NCBI GenBank assembly: GCA_039806935.1
Contig: JBDHQH010000006.1
Span: 1 to 63,553 of the forward strand
DNA from: Verrucomicrobiota bacterium
GTDB taxonomy: Bacteria > Verrucomicrobiota > Verrucomicrobiia > Limisphaerales > UBA8199
Length of the DNA: 63,553 nucleotides
Direction: 5' to 3'
The first letter of the stretch is position 1. Every line of letters starts with the position of its first letter. Positions 7,899 through 20,791 of this stretch are shown piece by piece. A model generated the notes under the pieces. It saw nothing but the letters and a program-made list of their open reading frames with translations. It ran no database searches and was not told the origin of the DNA. A program made the translations under genes and the position numbers.

Positions 7899-9566
7899 AT
7901 GAAAATGACAGGCGCGGAACTTATCATCACCCTGCTCGAGCGGCAGGGCATCGAGATCATCACGGGCATGCCGGGCGGAGCGAACCTTCCGCTCTACGAC
8001 GCCCTGACGCGTAATCCGCGGATTCGGCATGTCCTGGCCCGGCACGAGCAAGCAGCGGGTTTCATCGCACAAGGGATGGCCCGGGTCACCGGGCGCCCGC
8101 AGGTCTGCTTTGCGACCTCCGGCCCAGGGGCGACCAACCTCCTGACGGCTGTGGCGGACGCCAAACTTGACAGCATCCCGCTGATTTGCATTACGGGCCA
8201 GGTGCCCACGGCCCTCATCGGCACCGACGCCTTTCAAGAAATTGACACGTACGGCCTGAGCATTCCGATCACCAAGCATAATTATTTGGTGCGCGACGTC
8301 CGGGATTTGCCTCGAATTATTCCTGAAGCTTTTCGCATCGCGTCGTCTGGCCGCCCAGGGCCGGTGCTGATCGACGTGCCAAAAGATGTCCAACTAGCGC
8401 CTATCGAAATGGCGGCTTTGCCGGAGCCCGGGCGGCCGGAAGCCTCTACGCCGCCTGATCCAGGCCAGATCGAGAAAGCCGCCGAAATGATCCGCGCCTC
8501 GCGCCGTCCGATTCTGTACATTGGCGGCGGCATCACCGCCAGCGGCGCGGCGGAGGATTTGCTGCGCTTGGCGGAACAGGCATCGATCCCCGTGGCGCCC
8601 ACCCTCATGGGACTGGATGCCCTGCCAACCGCGCACCCGCTGAATCTGGGCATGCTGGGCATGCACGGCGCCCAATTCACGAATCTGGCGCTCGACGCTT
8701 GCGATCTGCTGATCGCGGTGGGGGTCCGGTTCGACGATCGGGCCACGGGCAAAGTGGATGCCTTTTGCCCTCACGCGAGGATCATTCACATCGACATCGA
8801 CCCGAGCGAAATCGAAAAAATCAAACCCACGGCGGTGGGGATTGCGGCGGATGCCCGGGCTGCGCTCCGTCAACTGCTGCCTCTGGTCGGGAATGGCTCC
8901 CGACGGGAGTGGCTGGAAGAAATCGCCCGGCTTCGCTCAACCTTCCCGCTGGAATTTGAGAGCGAGAACGATCCCGGAACGGCCTACGGGCTCATCCGGC
9001 GCACGGCCGCCTGCCTGCCGCCGGAGACGATCATCACCACCGACGTGGGGCAGCATCAAATGAAAGCGGCACAGGCTTATCGCTTTCATTTCCCGCGCAC
9101 CTGGCTGACCTCGGGCGGCCTGGGCACCATGGGTTTTGGTTTCCCCGCCGCCATCGGCGCCGCCCTGGCCGCGCCCGAGCGCACCGTGGTCTGTTTCTCC
9201 GGCGATGGCAGTTTCCTCATGAACCTGCAGGAGTTGGCCACCCTGGCGGAGGAAAATCTCGAGGTGAAAATCGTCCTGCTCGATAACCGGTCGCTGGGTC
9301 TGGTGCATCAGATTCAGGATCTTTTTTATGGCGGCCGTTTTATCGGTGTGAATTATCCGAAACCAATTGATTTCGCGGGGATTGCCGAATGTTTCGGAAT
9401 CCCCTCCACCCGCCTGGGAACGGCGGGCGACCCCGTCCAGGCGCTCGAGGCGGCGCTCCGCAGCCGCGGACCTCATCTCATTCATGCGCCGGTGGACGTG
9501 TATGACAAGGTGTTTCCCATGGTGCAACCCGGCGCTTCAAACGCCCAAATGCTCACGCGCTCATGA
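7899..9566 (+). CDS. ilvB: Acetolactate synthase large subunit
   Basis: PGGANLPLYD, RHEQAAGF, TSGPGATN, GTDAFQE, TDVGQHQM, SGGLGTMGFG, ThDP motif GDGSFLMN...LDN. Confidence 0.95.
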   Translation: MKMTGAELIITLLERQGIEIITGMPGGANLPLYDALTRNPRIRHVLARHEQAAGFIAQGMARVTGRPQVCFATSGPGATNLLTAVADAKLDSIPLICITGQVPTALIGTDAFQEIDTYGLSIPITKHNYLVRDVRDLPRIIPEAFRIASSGRPGPVLIDVPKDVQLAPIEMAALPEPGRPEASTPPDPGQIEKAAEMIRASRRPILYIGGGITASGAAEDLLRLAEQASIPVAPTLMGLDALPTAHPLNLGMLGMHGAQFTNLALDACDLLIAVGVRFDDRATGKVDAFCPHARIIHIDIDPSEIEKIKPTAVGIAADARAALRQLLPLVGNGSRREWLEEIARLRSTFPLEFESENDPGTAYGLIRRTAACLPPETIITTDVGQHQMKAAQAYRFHFPRTWLTSGGLGTMGFGFPAAIGAALAAPERTVVCFSGDGSFLMNLQELATLAEENLEVKIVLLDNRSLGLVHQIQDLFYGGRFIGVNYPKPIDFAGIAECFGIPSTRLGTAGDPVQALEAALRSRGPHLIHAPVDVYDKVFPMVQPGASNAQMLTRS

Positions 9567-9898
9567 ACTCGACGACTTCGGACTCGTTTTCACCGAACCA
9601 CAACCACGCGAACATGAATACCGTCCTGCAACTGACCGTGTCCAATCACCCCGGAGTCATGTCCCATGTGATGGGGCTCTTCGCCCGGCGCGCGTTTAAT
9701 GTCGATGGCATCCTCTGTCTGCCTTTGCCCGACACCTCACGCAGCAGCATCTGGCTGCGCGTGCGCGAGGATCACCGCCTGGAACAAGTCCTTCGCCAGA
9801 TCGAAAAACTCGCCGACGTCCATGAGGTCTGCCGGCATCCGGCGGAACGTTCCGTATTTCGGGAACTGGAGAAATTTTTTGGCGAACTGACCGCCTAA
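9563..9898 (+). CDS. ilvN: Acetolactate synthase small subunit (short AHAS I type)
   Basis: ACT domain LTVSNHPGVMSHVMGLFARRAFNVDGILCLP...SSIWL...LEQVLRQIEKLADV; ATGA overlap with ilvB. Confidence 0.9.
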   Translation: MNSTTSDSFSPNHNHANMNTVLQLTVSNHPGVMSHVMGLFARRAFNVDGILCLPLPDTSRSSIWLRVREDHRLEQVLRQIEKLADVHEVCRHPAERSVFRELEKFFGELTA

Positions 9899-10303
9899 GC
9901 GGACGCCTGGCGGGTGGAGCCTAAGTTGCATTTGCAAACAGGGTTCCGCCTGCTTATGTTCAGTATCCAATGGTTTTTGTGACACCTGAAATGGCGATGG
10001 GGAATTCTGGGCGTTTTGCGCGGTCAGGCGGATTTGGCAATCGAGAACTCAAGCGTGCCGGCGCTGGCGCCGCGCATCGGCGGATCAGGGTTTCAGCGAA
10101 TGGTTTTGGCGCGTTCGCCGGCGACTCGCGCTCATCCATTAACCAGAGGAACAACTCACTGGCCGCAACCGCCGTTTAGGCGGAGGGCGCCGGATTATTT
10201 GTTCCATGCCAGCACGTACGATTATTTGGCGCACGGCCGGTTGCGCGAATGACCCGCCCGGCGGGACCTTCCGCGTCGGTCCCGCGATGATGGAGGCGCC
10301 GCC

Positions 10304-13367
<3,064 letters not shown>

Positions 13368-13433
13368 TCCCGCAGCGCCGATCCGTGCTATTTTGAAAGG
13401 CGGCGCAAGGATTAATCATCAGTTCCGACAAAC

Positions 13434-13892
13434 ATGAAAACTCGAATGGATTATAAGACGGTGGCGCCCGACGCCATCAAGGCGATGTGGGGGTTGGAAC
13501 ATTACGTCCACCACTGCGGCCTCGAGCCATCGTTGCTCGAATTGGTCAAAACGCGCGCTTCCCAGATCAACGGTTGCGCCTACTGCCTCGACATGCATAC
13601 CAAGGATGCGCGTGCCCACGGCGAAACCGAGCAGCGGCTCTACACGCTCCCTGCCTGGGAGGAGACTCCCTTTTTCACCGAGCGCGAGCGCGCCGCCCTG
13701 GCGTGGACGGAAGCGGTCACGCTCGTGGCCGCGACCCGAGTCCCCGACGCAGTATTCGAAACTGCGCGACGGCACTTCACCGAAAAAGAACTGGCGGACC
13801 TCACCTTGGCAATCGTCGCCATTAATGGTTGGAACCGTCTGGCGATTGCTTTTCGCGCCGAAGCGGGAACCTATCAGCGGCCCGCCGCTTGA
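13434..13892 (+). CDS. Carboxymuconolactone decarboxylase/AhpD-like protein
   Basis: ELVKTRASQINGCAYCLDMH (CxxC), WTEAVT, INGWNRLA. Confidence 0.9.
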   Translation: MKTRMDYKTVAPDAIKAMWGLEHYVHHCGLEPSLLELVKTRASQINGCAYCLDMHTKDARAHGETEQRLYTLPAWEETPFFTERERAALAWTEAVTLVAATRVPDAVFETARRHFTEKELADLTLAIVAINGWNRLAIAFRAEAGTYQRPAA

Positions 13893-13902
13893 GCCGTGAA
13901 GG

Positions 13903-15684
13903 CTATCGCCGTTCGTAATACTCGCGAACGGCATCCATCGCTTTATCGGGGAAGTCCGTGGCGAAACTGGCCACGCCGAGATCCATCAACCGATGGAAAA
14001 TTCGCGGATCCGATTGCTTCCAGGGCAGCGTTTGGAAGAGAACTCCGTGGGCCCGCAGTTCGTTCCCCACTTTGCGGAGGAACGCTTCACTGGGATAGAA
14101 GGTTCCGTCCGAGCTGGTATTCACATGAATTTGCAAGTGATCGATGCTGGCGAAGTTGGCGGCGCGCAACTCAGCAATCCGCTGTGCCAGTTTCGCCTCG
14201 GGCCCGGCGGGGTCGTCCGGCGATCCGCTCATCCAACCGGCCGGCCCGCCCATCCAGTGCAGCGTCCGCGAGCGCGGCGCGACCTGCCGCCACAGCTTGA
14301 TCTCCTCGTATTTGGTGCTGGCCAGAATCAGTTGCGGATGCACCGCCTCGGTCTCCCTGGCCAGTTGGTGGAAGTCCACTTTCTTGATATCGATATAGAG
14401 CGAGCGTTCCGGGTGGGTTTGCAATAAACGCACCATCTCGACCAGGCTGATCATGCGCTGGCCGGCGAATTCCTTATCGCGGAAGCTGCCCACATCAAGC
14501 TTGCGCACCTCCTCAAAGGTCAGATCCGCGACACCCTTCTTTTTTAGCTCCTCCGGCGCGTTGGGTAGAATGCGCGCGAAATTGTTATCGTGGAACGAGA
14601 CGATCACCCCATCCTTGGTGCGGCGCAGATCCGCTTCAGGAACGCAGCCGAGTTTCCAGCCCAACTGAAAGGCCTCCAAGGAACCCTCAGGCGCGAGATC
14701 GCCCGCGCCCCGGTGCGCCTGCACCGTGAACTCACGCAGCGGGATATGATCGCGCACATTCCAGTTCCCCGCGTCCCGCTGGTAGTATTCGCGCAAAGCA
14801 CTCATCGCCACATCAGGCCGGTCAGTGCCAAACCCCGCGGTGCCCAAGTCCAAAAGTCGGAAATAGGCCTCCGGGCGCTCCGGGACATTCCAAGGCATGG
14901 TTTGAAACTCAATTCCATGGCTTCGCACCTCGATCGCGGCCCGGCGGATGAAGTCGTCGCTGGGGACCATGGCGCCGGTATTGGTGTTGAAATGGCAATG
15001 GACCTGCAAACGATCGATGTGCGCAAAACCGCTCTGCCGCAGCCGGGCGAACCGCTTCTCCACATTGACGTCATTCGTGTCCCCCCAGGTGCCCACCCAC
15101 AGGAAGGCGTCGCTCCGCGGGGCTGCCGCCTTCCAGCGCGCGCAGTCCGCTTCCGAGCCGGTGGCTAAAATCACCTGTTCTTGCACCTCCGCCGTCTCCC
15201 GCGCCATTTGGGCGAAATCCACCTTTTTAACGTCGAGGTAGGCGCATCGCTTGCGATCCAGCTTAAGCGCGGCGACAATCTCAGCGAGACTGACAACGCG
15301 CTGGCCCGCAAACTGCGGCCCCCGAAACGCCCCGATATCCAACTGTTTCGCCTCCTCGTAGGTCAAATCCTCCAACCGCTTTTTCCTCATGGCCGCGGAA
15401 GCATGAGGCAGGATACGTTCGAAATTCGCGTCGTGGAACATCATCACATGTCCGTCTTTGGTGGTGCGCACGTCCAACTCGGGGATGCAGCCCATGCTCC
15501 AGGACAGTTCCAGAGCCTCCATGGTGTTTTCAGGGGCTAAAAAACCCGCGCCGCGATGCGCCACCACGGATACCCGTTCGAGAGGGATCCTTCGGACATT
15601 CCAGGCTGGATCAGCAGATCGCGCCGCGAAAGCCAGCGACCCAACCGCCGCAAAAACACAAACCCGCTTAAGAAGTATCTTCAT
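13903..15684 (-). CDS. Secreted glycerophosphodiester phosphodiesterase with two tandem GDPD domains
   Basis: Signal peptide; two copies of AHRGAG..APE, E-x-D (ELDVR/EADLR), TKDG, FHD, G..TD. Confidence 0.85.
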   Translation of the reverse strand: MKILLKRVCVFAAVGSLAFAARSADPAWNVRRIPLERVSVVAHRGAGFLAPENTMEALELSWSMGCIPELDVRTTKDGHVMMFHDANFERILPHASAAMRKKRLEDLTYEEAKQLDIGAFRGPQFAGQRVVSLAEIVAALKLDRKRCAYLDVKKVDFAQMARETAEVQEQVILATGSEADCARWKAAAPRSDAFLWVGTWGDTNDVNVEKRFARLRQSGFAHIDRLQVHCHFNTNTGAMVPSDDFIRRAAIEVRSHGIEFQTMPWNVPERPEAYFRLLDLGTAGFGTDRPDVAMSALREYYQRDAGNWNVRDHIPLREFTVQAHRGAGDLAPEGSLEAFQLGWKLGCVPEADLRRTKDGVIVSFHDNNFARILPNAPEELKKKGVADLTFEEVRKLDVGSFRDKEFAGQRMISLVEMVRLLQTHPERSLYIDIKKVDFHQLARETEAVHPQLILASTKYEEIKLWRQVAPRSRTLHWMGGPAGWMSGSPDDPAGPEAKLAQRIAELRAANFASIDHLQIHVNTSSDGTFYPSEAFLRKVGNELRAHGVLFQTLPWKQSDPRIFHRLMDLGVASFATDFPDKAMDAVREYYERR

Positions 15685-15740
15685 TTGCTTAACTCTCGGT
15701 TCAGAGGCTCGCGCAACGGCCTCCCTAAATTATCCCGTCA

Positions 15741-15770
15741 ATCATAAATCTTCGTTTTCGCCCGAGTCAA
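15741..15770 (-). promoter_or_regulatory. Putative sigma70 promoter of the tandem GDPD gene
   Basis: Minus strand TTGACT-18 nt-TATGAT. Confidence 0.5.
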
Positions 15771-15919
15771 CCGGCAAAACATTGGATTCGCGTGAAATTT
15801 CTTGGCATTCAGGAATGATCCCGCTATAGCTCTTTCACTCGCGGGAGAGACATTTTGAAAACCGGGGCCGCGTTTCAGGCACCCGGGAATGACTTCCGCC
15901 AAAAGCAACGAATCTATCC

Positions 15920-16981
15920 ATGGCAAATGTAACGATTTTGGGCGCCGGGTTTATGGGATCGGCGATGGCTTGGCCCCTAAGCGACAACGGCCACCAGGTG
16001 CGCCTGGTGGGAACGCCGTACGACAGAGAAATCATTGATTCCTGCATCGAAAAACGGTTTCACCCGAAACTGAGGCGGCCACTGCCCGAGGGCGTGCAGC
16101 CTTACCATGCCGGGAGACTCGGGGAGGCCCTGGCCGGCGCCAGTGTGGTCGTGAGTGGTGTAAGTTCACCGGGCGTGCATTGGGCTGGCGGTGCTCTGGG
16201 GCCGCACCTGAAAGCGGGGATGAAGGTGATCGCGATCACCAAGGGGTTGGAGGCCACCGAAAACGGTGAGTTGAAAATTCTTCCGGATGTGTTGGCGGAT
16301 GAATTTCCCGCCGCGGTGCGAGGCCAGGTGAGCGTGGCCGCCATTGGCGGCCCCTGCATCGCGGGCGAATTGGCCGCGCGCCGGCAGACCTGTGTCTATT
16401 TCACTTCGCGCGACGCGGGGGCGCTCCCCGGGTTGCGCGACCTTTTCAAGACGTCTTATTACCACATTTTTCTCACCACCGACATCATCGGCGTCGAGGT
16501 CTGCGTGGCGCTCAAGAACGCCTACACGCTGGCGGTAGGGTTGGCAGAGGGGATGCTGGACCAGTTGCCGCCGGATGAGGCGGGGATGAGGAACCACAAC
16601 CCCGCCGCCGCCATTTTCGGCGTGACCGCCAAGGAGATGGCCCGCCTGGTCTCGGTGCTTGGCGGAGATCCGTCGAAAGTCACTTCCCTGCCCGGGGTCG
16701 GCGATCAGTATGTAACCTGCATGGGAGGACGCACCGTACGTTTGGGCCGCCTGCTCGGCAAAGGATTGAGCTACGATCAAGCCCGGGAAGAGATGGCTGG
16801 TGAGACCCTGGAAAGCGCCTTCGTGGTGGCGCAGATTGCCCGGGCGTTGCCGCAAATGGAGGCTCGTGGTTTAATCGGGCGAGATGAACTCCCGATTACC
16901 CGCGCGCTCTGCCGCTCGATTAGCGAAGGCGGCAAGATCGAACTCGATTTCAGCCGGCTGCTCCCGGACGAGCTTCCGTAA
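15920..16981 (+). CDS. NAD(P)-dependent glycerol-3-phosphate dehydrogenase-like protein (GpsA family, divergent)
   Basis: ILGAGFMGSAMA Rossmann motif, ITKGLE, GGPCIAGELA, ALKNAY, GVGDQYVTC. Confidence 0.8.
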   Translation: MANVTILGAGFMGSAMAWPLSDNGHQVRLVGTPYDREIIDSCIEKRFHPKLRRPLPEGVQPYHAGRLGEALAGASVVVSGVSSPGVHWAGGALGPHLKAGMKVIAITKGLEATENGELKILPDVLADEFPAAVRGQVSVAAIGGPCIAGELAARRQTCVYFTSRDAGALPGLRDLFKTSYYHIFLTTDIIGVEVCVALKNAYTLAVGLAEGMLDQLPPDEAGMRNHNPAAAIFGVTAKEMARLVSVLGGDPSKVTSLPGVGDQYVTCMGGRTVRLGRLLGKGLSYDQAREEMAGETLESAFVVAQIARALPQMEARGLIGRDELPITRALCRSISEGGKIELDFSRLLPDELP

Positions 16982-17000
16982 AGCCTGCGAGGCCGGCGCC

Positions 17001-17984
17001 TCAAGCGCCGACCTCCGCGCGCGCTTCGGCCGCCAGTGGCGTGCTCAGGTAGCGTTCCCCGGTCGAGCAGGCAATCGTGACAATCGTTTTGCCCTGGTTC
17101 TCGGGTCGTTTGGCCACCTGAATCGCCGCCCAGACATTCGCCCCCGTGGAGATGCCCGCCAGGATTCCTTCCTCCTTTGCCAATCGGCGTGCCATCGCGA
17201 AGGCATCCTCATTAGTCACCTCGATGCATTCGAGGATTTGCGGATGACCGCTCGAATCCTTGAGATGCAGATTCCGCGGGATAAACCCGCCGCCTAACCC
17301 CTGGATTTTGTGCGGGCCGGGTTTGAGCGGTTCGCCGGCGAGCGCCTGTGAGATGACCGGCGAGTCTTTCGGTTCCACTGCGATGGCTTGAAAGGAGGGC
17401 TTCCGAGGTTTAATCGCCTCGACGCAGCCGGTGATCGTTCCGCCGGTGCCCACCCCGGAGACCACAATATCCACCTTCCCGTCCGTGTCGGCCCAAATTT
17501 CCTCTGCCGTCGTCCGCTGATGGATTCCCGGGTTCGCGGGATTGTCAAATTGTCTGGGGATCCATGAGTGCGGAGTCTCTTTAGCAAGCTGCTCGGCCCG
17601 GGCGATGGCGCCCTTCATCCCTTCGGGGCCTGGGGTGAGCACCAGTCGGGCGCCCAACATCGCCAGCAAGGTGCGTCTTTCCATCGACATGGTTTCAGGC
17701 ATCGTTAGCATCAACCGGTAGCCTTTCGCGGCGGCGACAAACGCCAATGCAATGCCGGTGTTGCCGCTGGTGGCCTCGATGATCACGGAATCCTTTTGCA
17801 AAATCCCCTCTTTCTCCGCGGCCTCGATCATGGACATGCCGATCCGGTCTTTCACACTGCCCAGAGGATTAAAAAACTCGCACTTCAACAAAACCGCAGC
17901 TTCGAGGCCGGCGGTGACCCGATTCAACCGAACCAGCGGGGTGCGCCCCACTGTTTCCACAATGTTATTATAGATCCGTGACAT
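17001..17984 (-). CDS. cysK: Cysteine synthase A
   Basis: [18 protein letters not shown] (PLP Lys), [31 protein letters not shown]. Confidence 0.95.
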   Translation of the reverse strand: MSRIYNNIVETVGRTPLVRLNRVTAGLEAAVLLKCEFFNPLGSVKDRIGMSMIEAAEKEGILQKDSVIIEATSGNTGIALAFVAAAKGYRLMLTMPETMSMERRTLLAMLGARLVLTPGPEGMKGAIARAEQLAKETPHSWIPRQFDNPANPGIHQRTTAEEIWADTDGKVDIVVSGVGTGGTITGCVEAIKPRKPSFQAIAVEPKDSPVISQALAGEPLKPGPHKIQGLGGGFIPRNLHLKDSSGHPQILECIEVTNEDAFAMARRLAKEEGILAGISTGANVWAAIQVAKRPENQGKTIVTIACSTGERYLSTPLAAEARAEVGA

Positions 17985-18038
17985 AAAATGAGACCCCTTC
18001 GTTGTGCCCAGGCAAGTGACTGCGCCCGCTCACGGCTA

Positions 18039-18067
18039 AGAATAAATCGGCATCTAAAGTATGTCAA
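18039..18067 (-). promoter_or_regulatory. sigma70 promoter of cysK
   Basis: Minus strand TTGACA-17 nt-TATTCT, near consensus. Confidence 0.7.
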
Positions 18068-18137
18068 AAAATTTTAGTCGCGTGGGCGGGTGTGACGCGC
18101 CCTCCCAAGACGGGGAGAGGGATGGCGCGGAAGACCG

Positions 18138-19085
18138 TTAGATTTGGAAAGTCGCGCCGACGTCGCGCCAGCCGATTCGTTCGGGCTCCATGGCCGCCTC
18201 CAGGCGCCATAACGGCTCCAGGCTGCCCTCGCGGCCTAACGGGAAGGTTTGGAAATGGATCGGCAGCAGAAAACGAGCGCCCGCGTCATTCGTCATCCGC
18301 ACTGCCTGCTCGGGATTGCAGTGCGAATTGATCCAGGGATCGTAGGCGCCGATCGGCATGAGGGCCAGATCATAAGGCCCACCTCCGCGCAGGCCACGAA
18401 AAGTGTCAATAAACGCCGTGTCGCCGCCAAAAATGATCCGCCGCCCCTCGCGGGAAAGCACGTAACCGTTGTACCCGTGATAGCGGTCATAGCGCCAGCG
18501 CGCACCCCAGTGCTTCACCTCGAAAGCGCGCGCCTCCAGGTTTCCTTTGGCGGTTTTGAAAAGGTGCTTCTCGCCCCAGGCGAGCGTCTTCGCCCCGCGC
18601 AGTCGGGTGCCTTTCAGCAGGTCGTCCGTAGCGTGCGCCGCCACCGCCTGCGGTTTTCCCGGCAAGGCTGCCAGGGTGGAAAAATCCAGGTGGTCCATGT
18701 GTGAATGCGACAACACGACCAGATCAATGGGTGGCAAGCCATCTGGCGGCAACGCGGGCGCCACCAGCCGTTTCGCCCCGATATTCCCCAGGAAGGTGCT
18801 GGCGCCGGCGCGCTTGCCGAGCACCGGATCGGTCAAAATCGTGAGCCCGTAAAAGTTGATGAGCACCGTCGAGTGGCCCAGCCAGGCGGCGGTGATCGCG
18901 TTATCGCGCCACGTCAACGGTTCCGGCCGCATCACGGGGTCGAGAATCGGCCGCCGGGTTTCGGCGACCAACTCTCGAAAGGCGCGAGCGCCCGCCTGGT
19001 TCGAGCAACCGGCCCAAACACCGGCCAATCCCACCGAACCCAAGGTTAAAAACCTCCTCCGGGAAAACTTCCTGTCGTACTTCAA
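18138..19085 (-). CDS. MBL-fold metallo-hydrolase (NAPE-PLD/RomA-like), probable Tat lipoprotein
   Basis: WLGHST, LTDPV, SHSHMDHLD, GGDTA, PIGAY, HCNPEQA, PIHFQTF; SRRRFL and VWAG-C; TTG start. Confidence 0.85.
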   Translation of the reverse strand: MKYDRKFSRRRFLTLGSVGLAGVWAGCSNQAGARAFRELVAETRRPILDPVMRPEPLTWRDNAITAAWLGHSTVLINFYGLTILTDPVLGKRAGASTFLGNIGAKRLVAPALPPDGLPPIDLVVLSHSHMDHLDFSTLAALPGKPQAVAAHATDDLLKGTRLRGAKTLAWGEKHLFKTAKGNLEARAFEVKHWGARWRYDRYHGYNGYVLSREGRRIIFGGDTAFIDTFRGLRGGGPYDLALMPIGAYDPWINSHCNPEQAVRMTNDAGARFLLPIHFQTFPLGREGSLEPLWRLEAAMEPERIGWRDVGATFQI

Positions 19086-19245
19086 CTACTTTCTGCGATT
19101 GCTGGTTTCAGCCGCTTTGCTCCGGCGCGGGCAAAGGCCGACCCCGCGAGAGCGCCGGGATATTCACCCTTCCCCGGCGAGGATCATGCCTGGGGAAAAC
19201 GCCAAAGTCGAGTCCGCGCCGCCAGGAAGTTCCCAGGAATACCGC

Positions 19246-20709
19246 CTAGCTTGCGGCTCGCTCCGGCGCGCCCTTCCATTTGAGGATCAGGGCCATTTTG
19301 CGTTCGTGCAGCGTCTGCTCAAGGCCAGCGGGGTACTGATGAGGGTTGAGCAAACGTTTGATGGTGGGATGCAACCGCGCGAGTTGCCTTCGGGCCCGCG
19401 CGCGAATCTCCGGGAGAGCGGGAGGTTCATAGACCAGCTCTCCGCGCCGAAAAATGGGGACCAGCAGATCCTCAAATTCGGCGGCGGGGTCAAACTGCTT
19501 GCGCCGGGTAATGTCCGCCGGATCGATGATCGTGAAGCGTTGGGGAATGGGTTGACTGAGATCGTGGATGGCATCGCCGTCGAAGAGTTCGCCCGCGAAA
19601 AACCGGCGGACCTGCAGCAGCCCGGGGTTGCTGGTCTTGGCGGCTTGATCCGAAAGCTTTAGCCGCGGTTCCCAGTTCCCGCCGGGGCGACGCCAGGCGG
19701 CCAGTTTGTAAACACCTCCCAGAGCCGGCTGGCGGTCTGCCGTGACGAGCCGGGTGCCGACGCCCCAAAGGTTGATCCGCGCGCCTTGTTGCTTGAGGCT
19801 GGCGATCAGGTGCTCATCCAGGTCGTTGCTCGCGACAATCGCGGTGGCGGCGAAGCCCGCCTGATCGAGCAACCGCCGCGCTTCAATGCTGAGAAACGCA
19901 AGGTCACCGGAGTCGAGCCGGATCCCGGCGAGCTGAAAGCCGCACTGGTTCAATCGTCGGCCGGCGGCGATGGCATGGTGGACACCCTGAATCGAGTTGT
20001 ACGTATCGACGAGCAAAACGCAATTATTGGGCAGGGCGCCGGCATAAGCGTGAAACGCCTCGACCTCGGATTCAAAGAGCATCACCCAGCTATGGGCCAT
20101 CGTGCCGGACACGGGAATGCCAAAGCGTTTTCCAGCCAGCACATTGGACGTGGCCGCGCAGCCGCCGATATACGCCGAGCGGGAGGCAGTGAGTCCGCCA
20201 TCCGGCCCCTGCGCCCGGCGCAGGCCGAACTCGACCACGGGATCGCCCCCGGCCGCCAGACACACCCGAGCGGCTTTGGTGGCAATCAACGATTGAAAAT
20301 TGACGCAATTCAGCAGCGCGGTTTCGACGAGTTGGGCCTGGATGACCGGCCCTTGCACGCGCACCAGCGGCTCGTGGGGGAATACCACCGTGCCCTCGGG
20401 CACCGCATCGACATCGCAGGTAAACTCGAAACGCTTCAGAAAATCGAGAAAATCGCGATCGAACAAAGGCTGGCCGTCGTTGCCCGGCAGGGTCGCTAGG
20501 TAAGCCAAATCATCATCCGTGAAGCGGAGGCCGCGGAGGTAATCGATTACTCCCGCCAGGCCGCCGGCCAGGGTGAAGCCGCCGCCAAAAGGCGGCGCGC
20601 GAAAGCTCAGGACGAAAGCCGCCTCCTGGCCGGCGAACGCGGCGCCGGCTTTCCAATAGCCGTACGCCATGGTCAGTTCATAGAGATCGGTGAATAAGGC
20701 CGGCAACAT
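19246..20709 (-). CDS. pncB: Nicotinate phosphoribosyltransferase
   Basis: [64 protein letters not shown]. Confidence 0.93.
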   Translation of the reverse strand: MLPALFTDLYELTMAYGYWKAGAAFAGQEAAFVLSFRAPPFGGGFTLAGGLAGVIDYLRGLRFTDDDLAYLATLPGNDGQPLFDRDFLDFLKRFEFTCDVDAVPEGTVVFPHEPLVRVQGPVIQAQLVETALLNCVNFQSLIATKAARVCLAAGGDPVVEFGLRRAQGPDGGLTASRSAYIGGCAATSNVLAGKRFGIPVSGTMAHSWVMLFESEVEAFHAYAGALPNNCVLLVDTYNSIQGVHHAIAAGRRLNQCGFQLAGIRLDSGDLAFLSIEARRLLDQAGFAATAIVASNDLDEHLIASLKQQGARINLWGVGTRLVTADRQPALGGVYKLAAWRRPGGNWEPRLKLSDQAAKTSNPGLLQVRRFFAGELFDGDAIHDLSQPIPQRFTIIDPADITRRKQFDPAAEFEDLLVPIFRRGELVYEPPALPEIRARARRQLARLHPTIKRLLNPHQYPAGLEQTLHERKMALILKWKGAPERAAS

Positions 20710-20791
20710 CGGAGGAGGGTAACCCACCGGGCGGGGAATTGCATCCACGCACCAGCGCCCGAACCCGGGCCCGTCTCCCCAGGCGCCGAAA

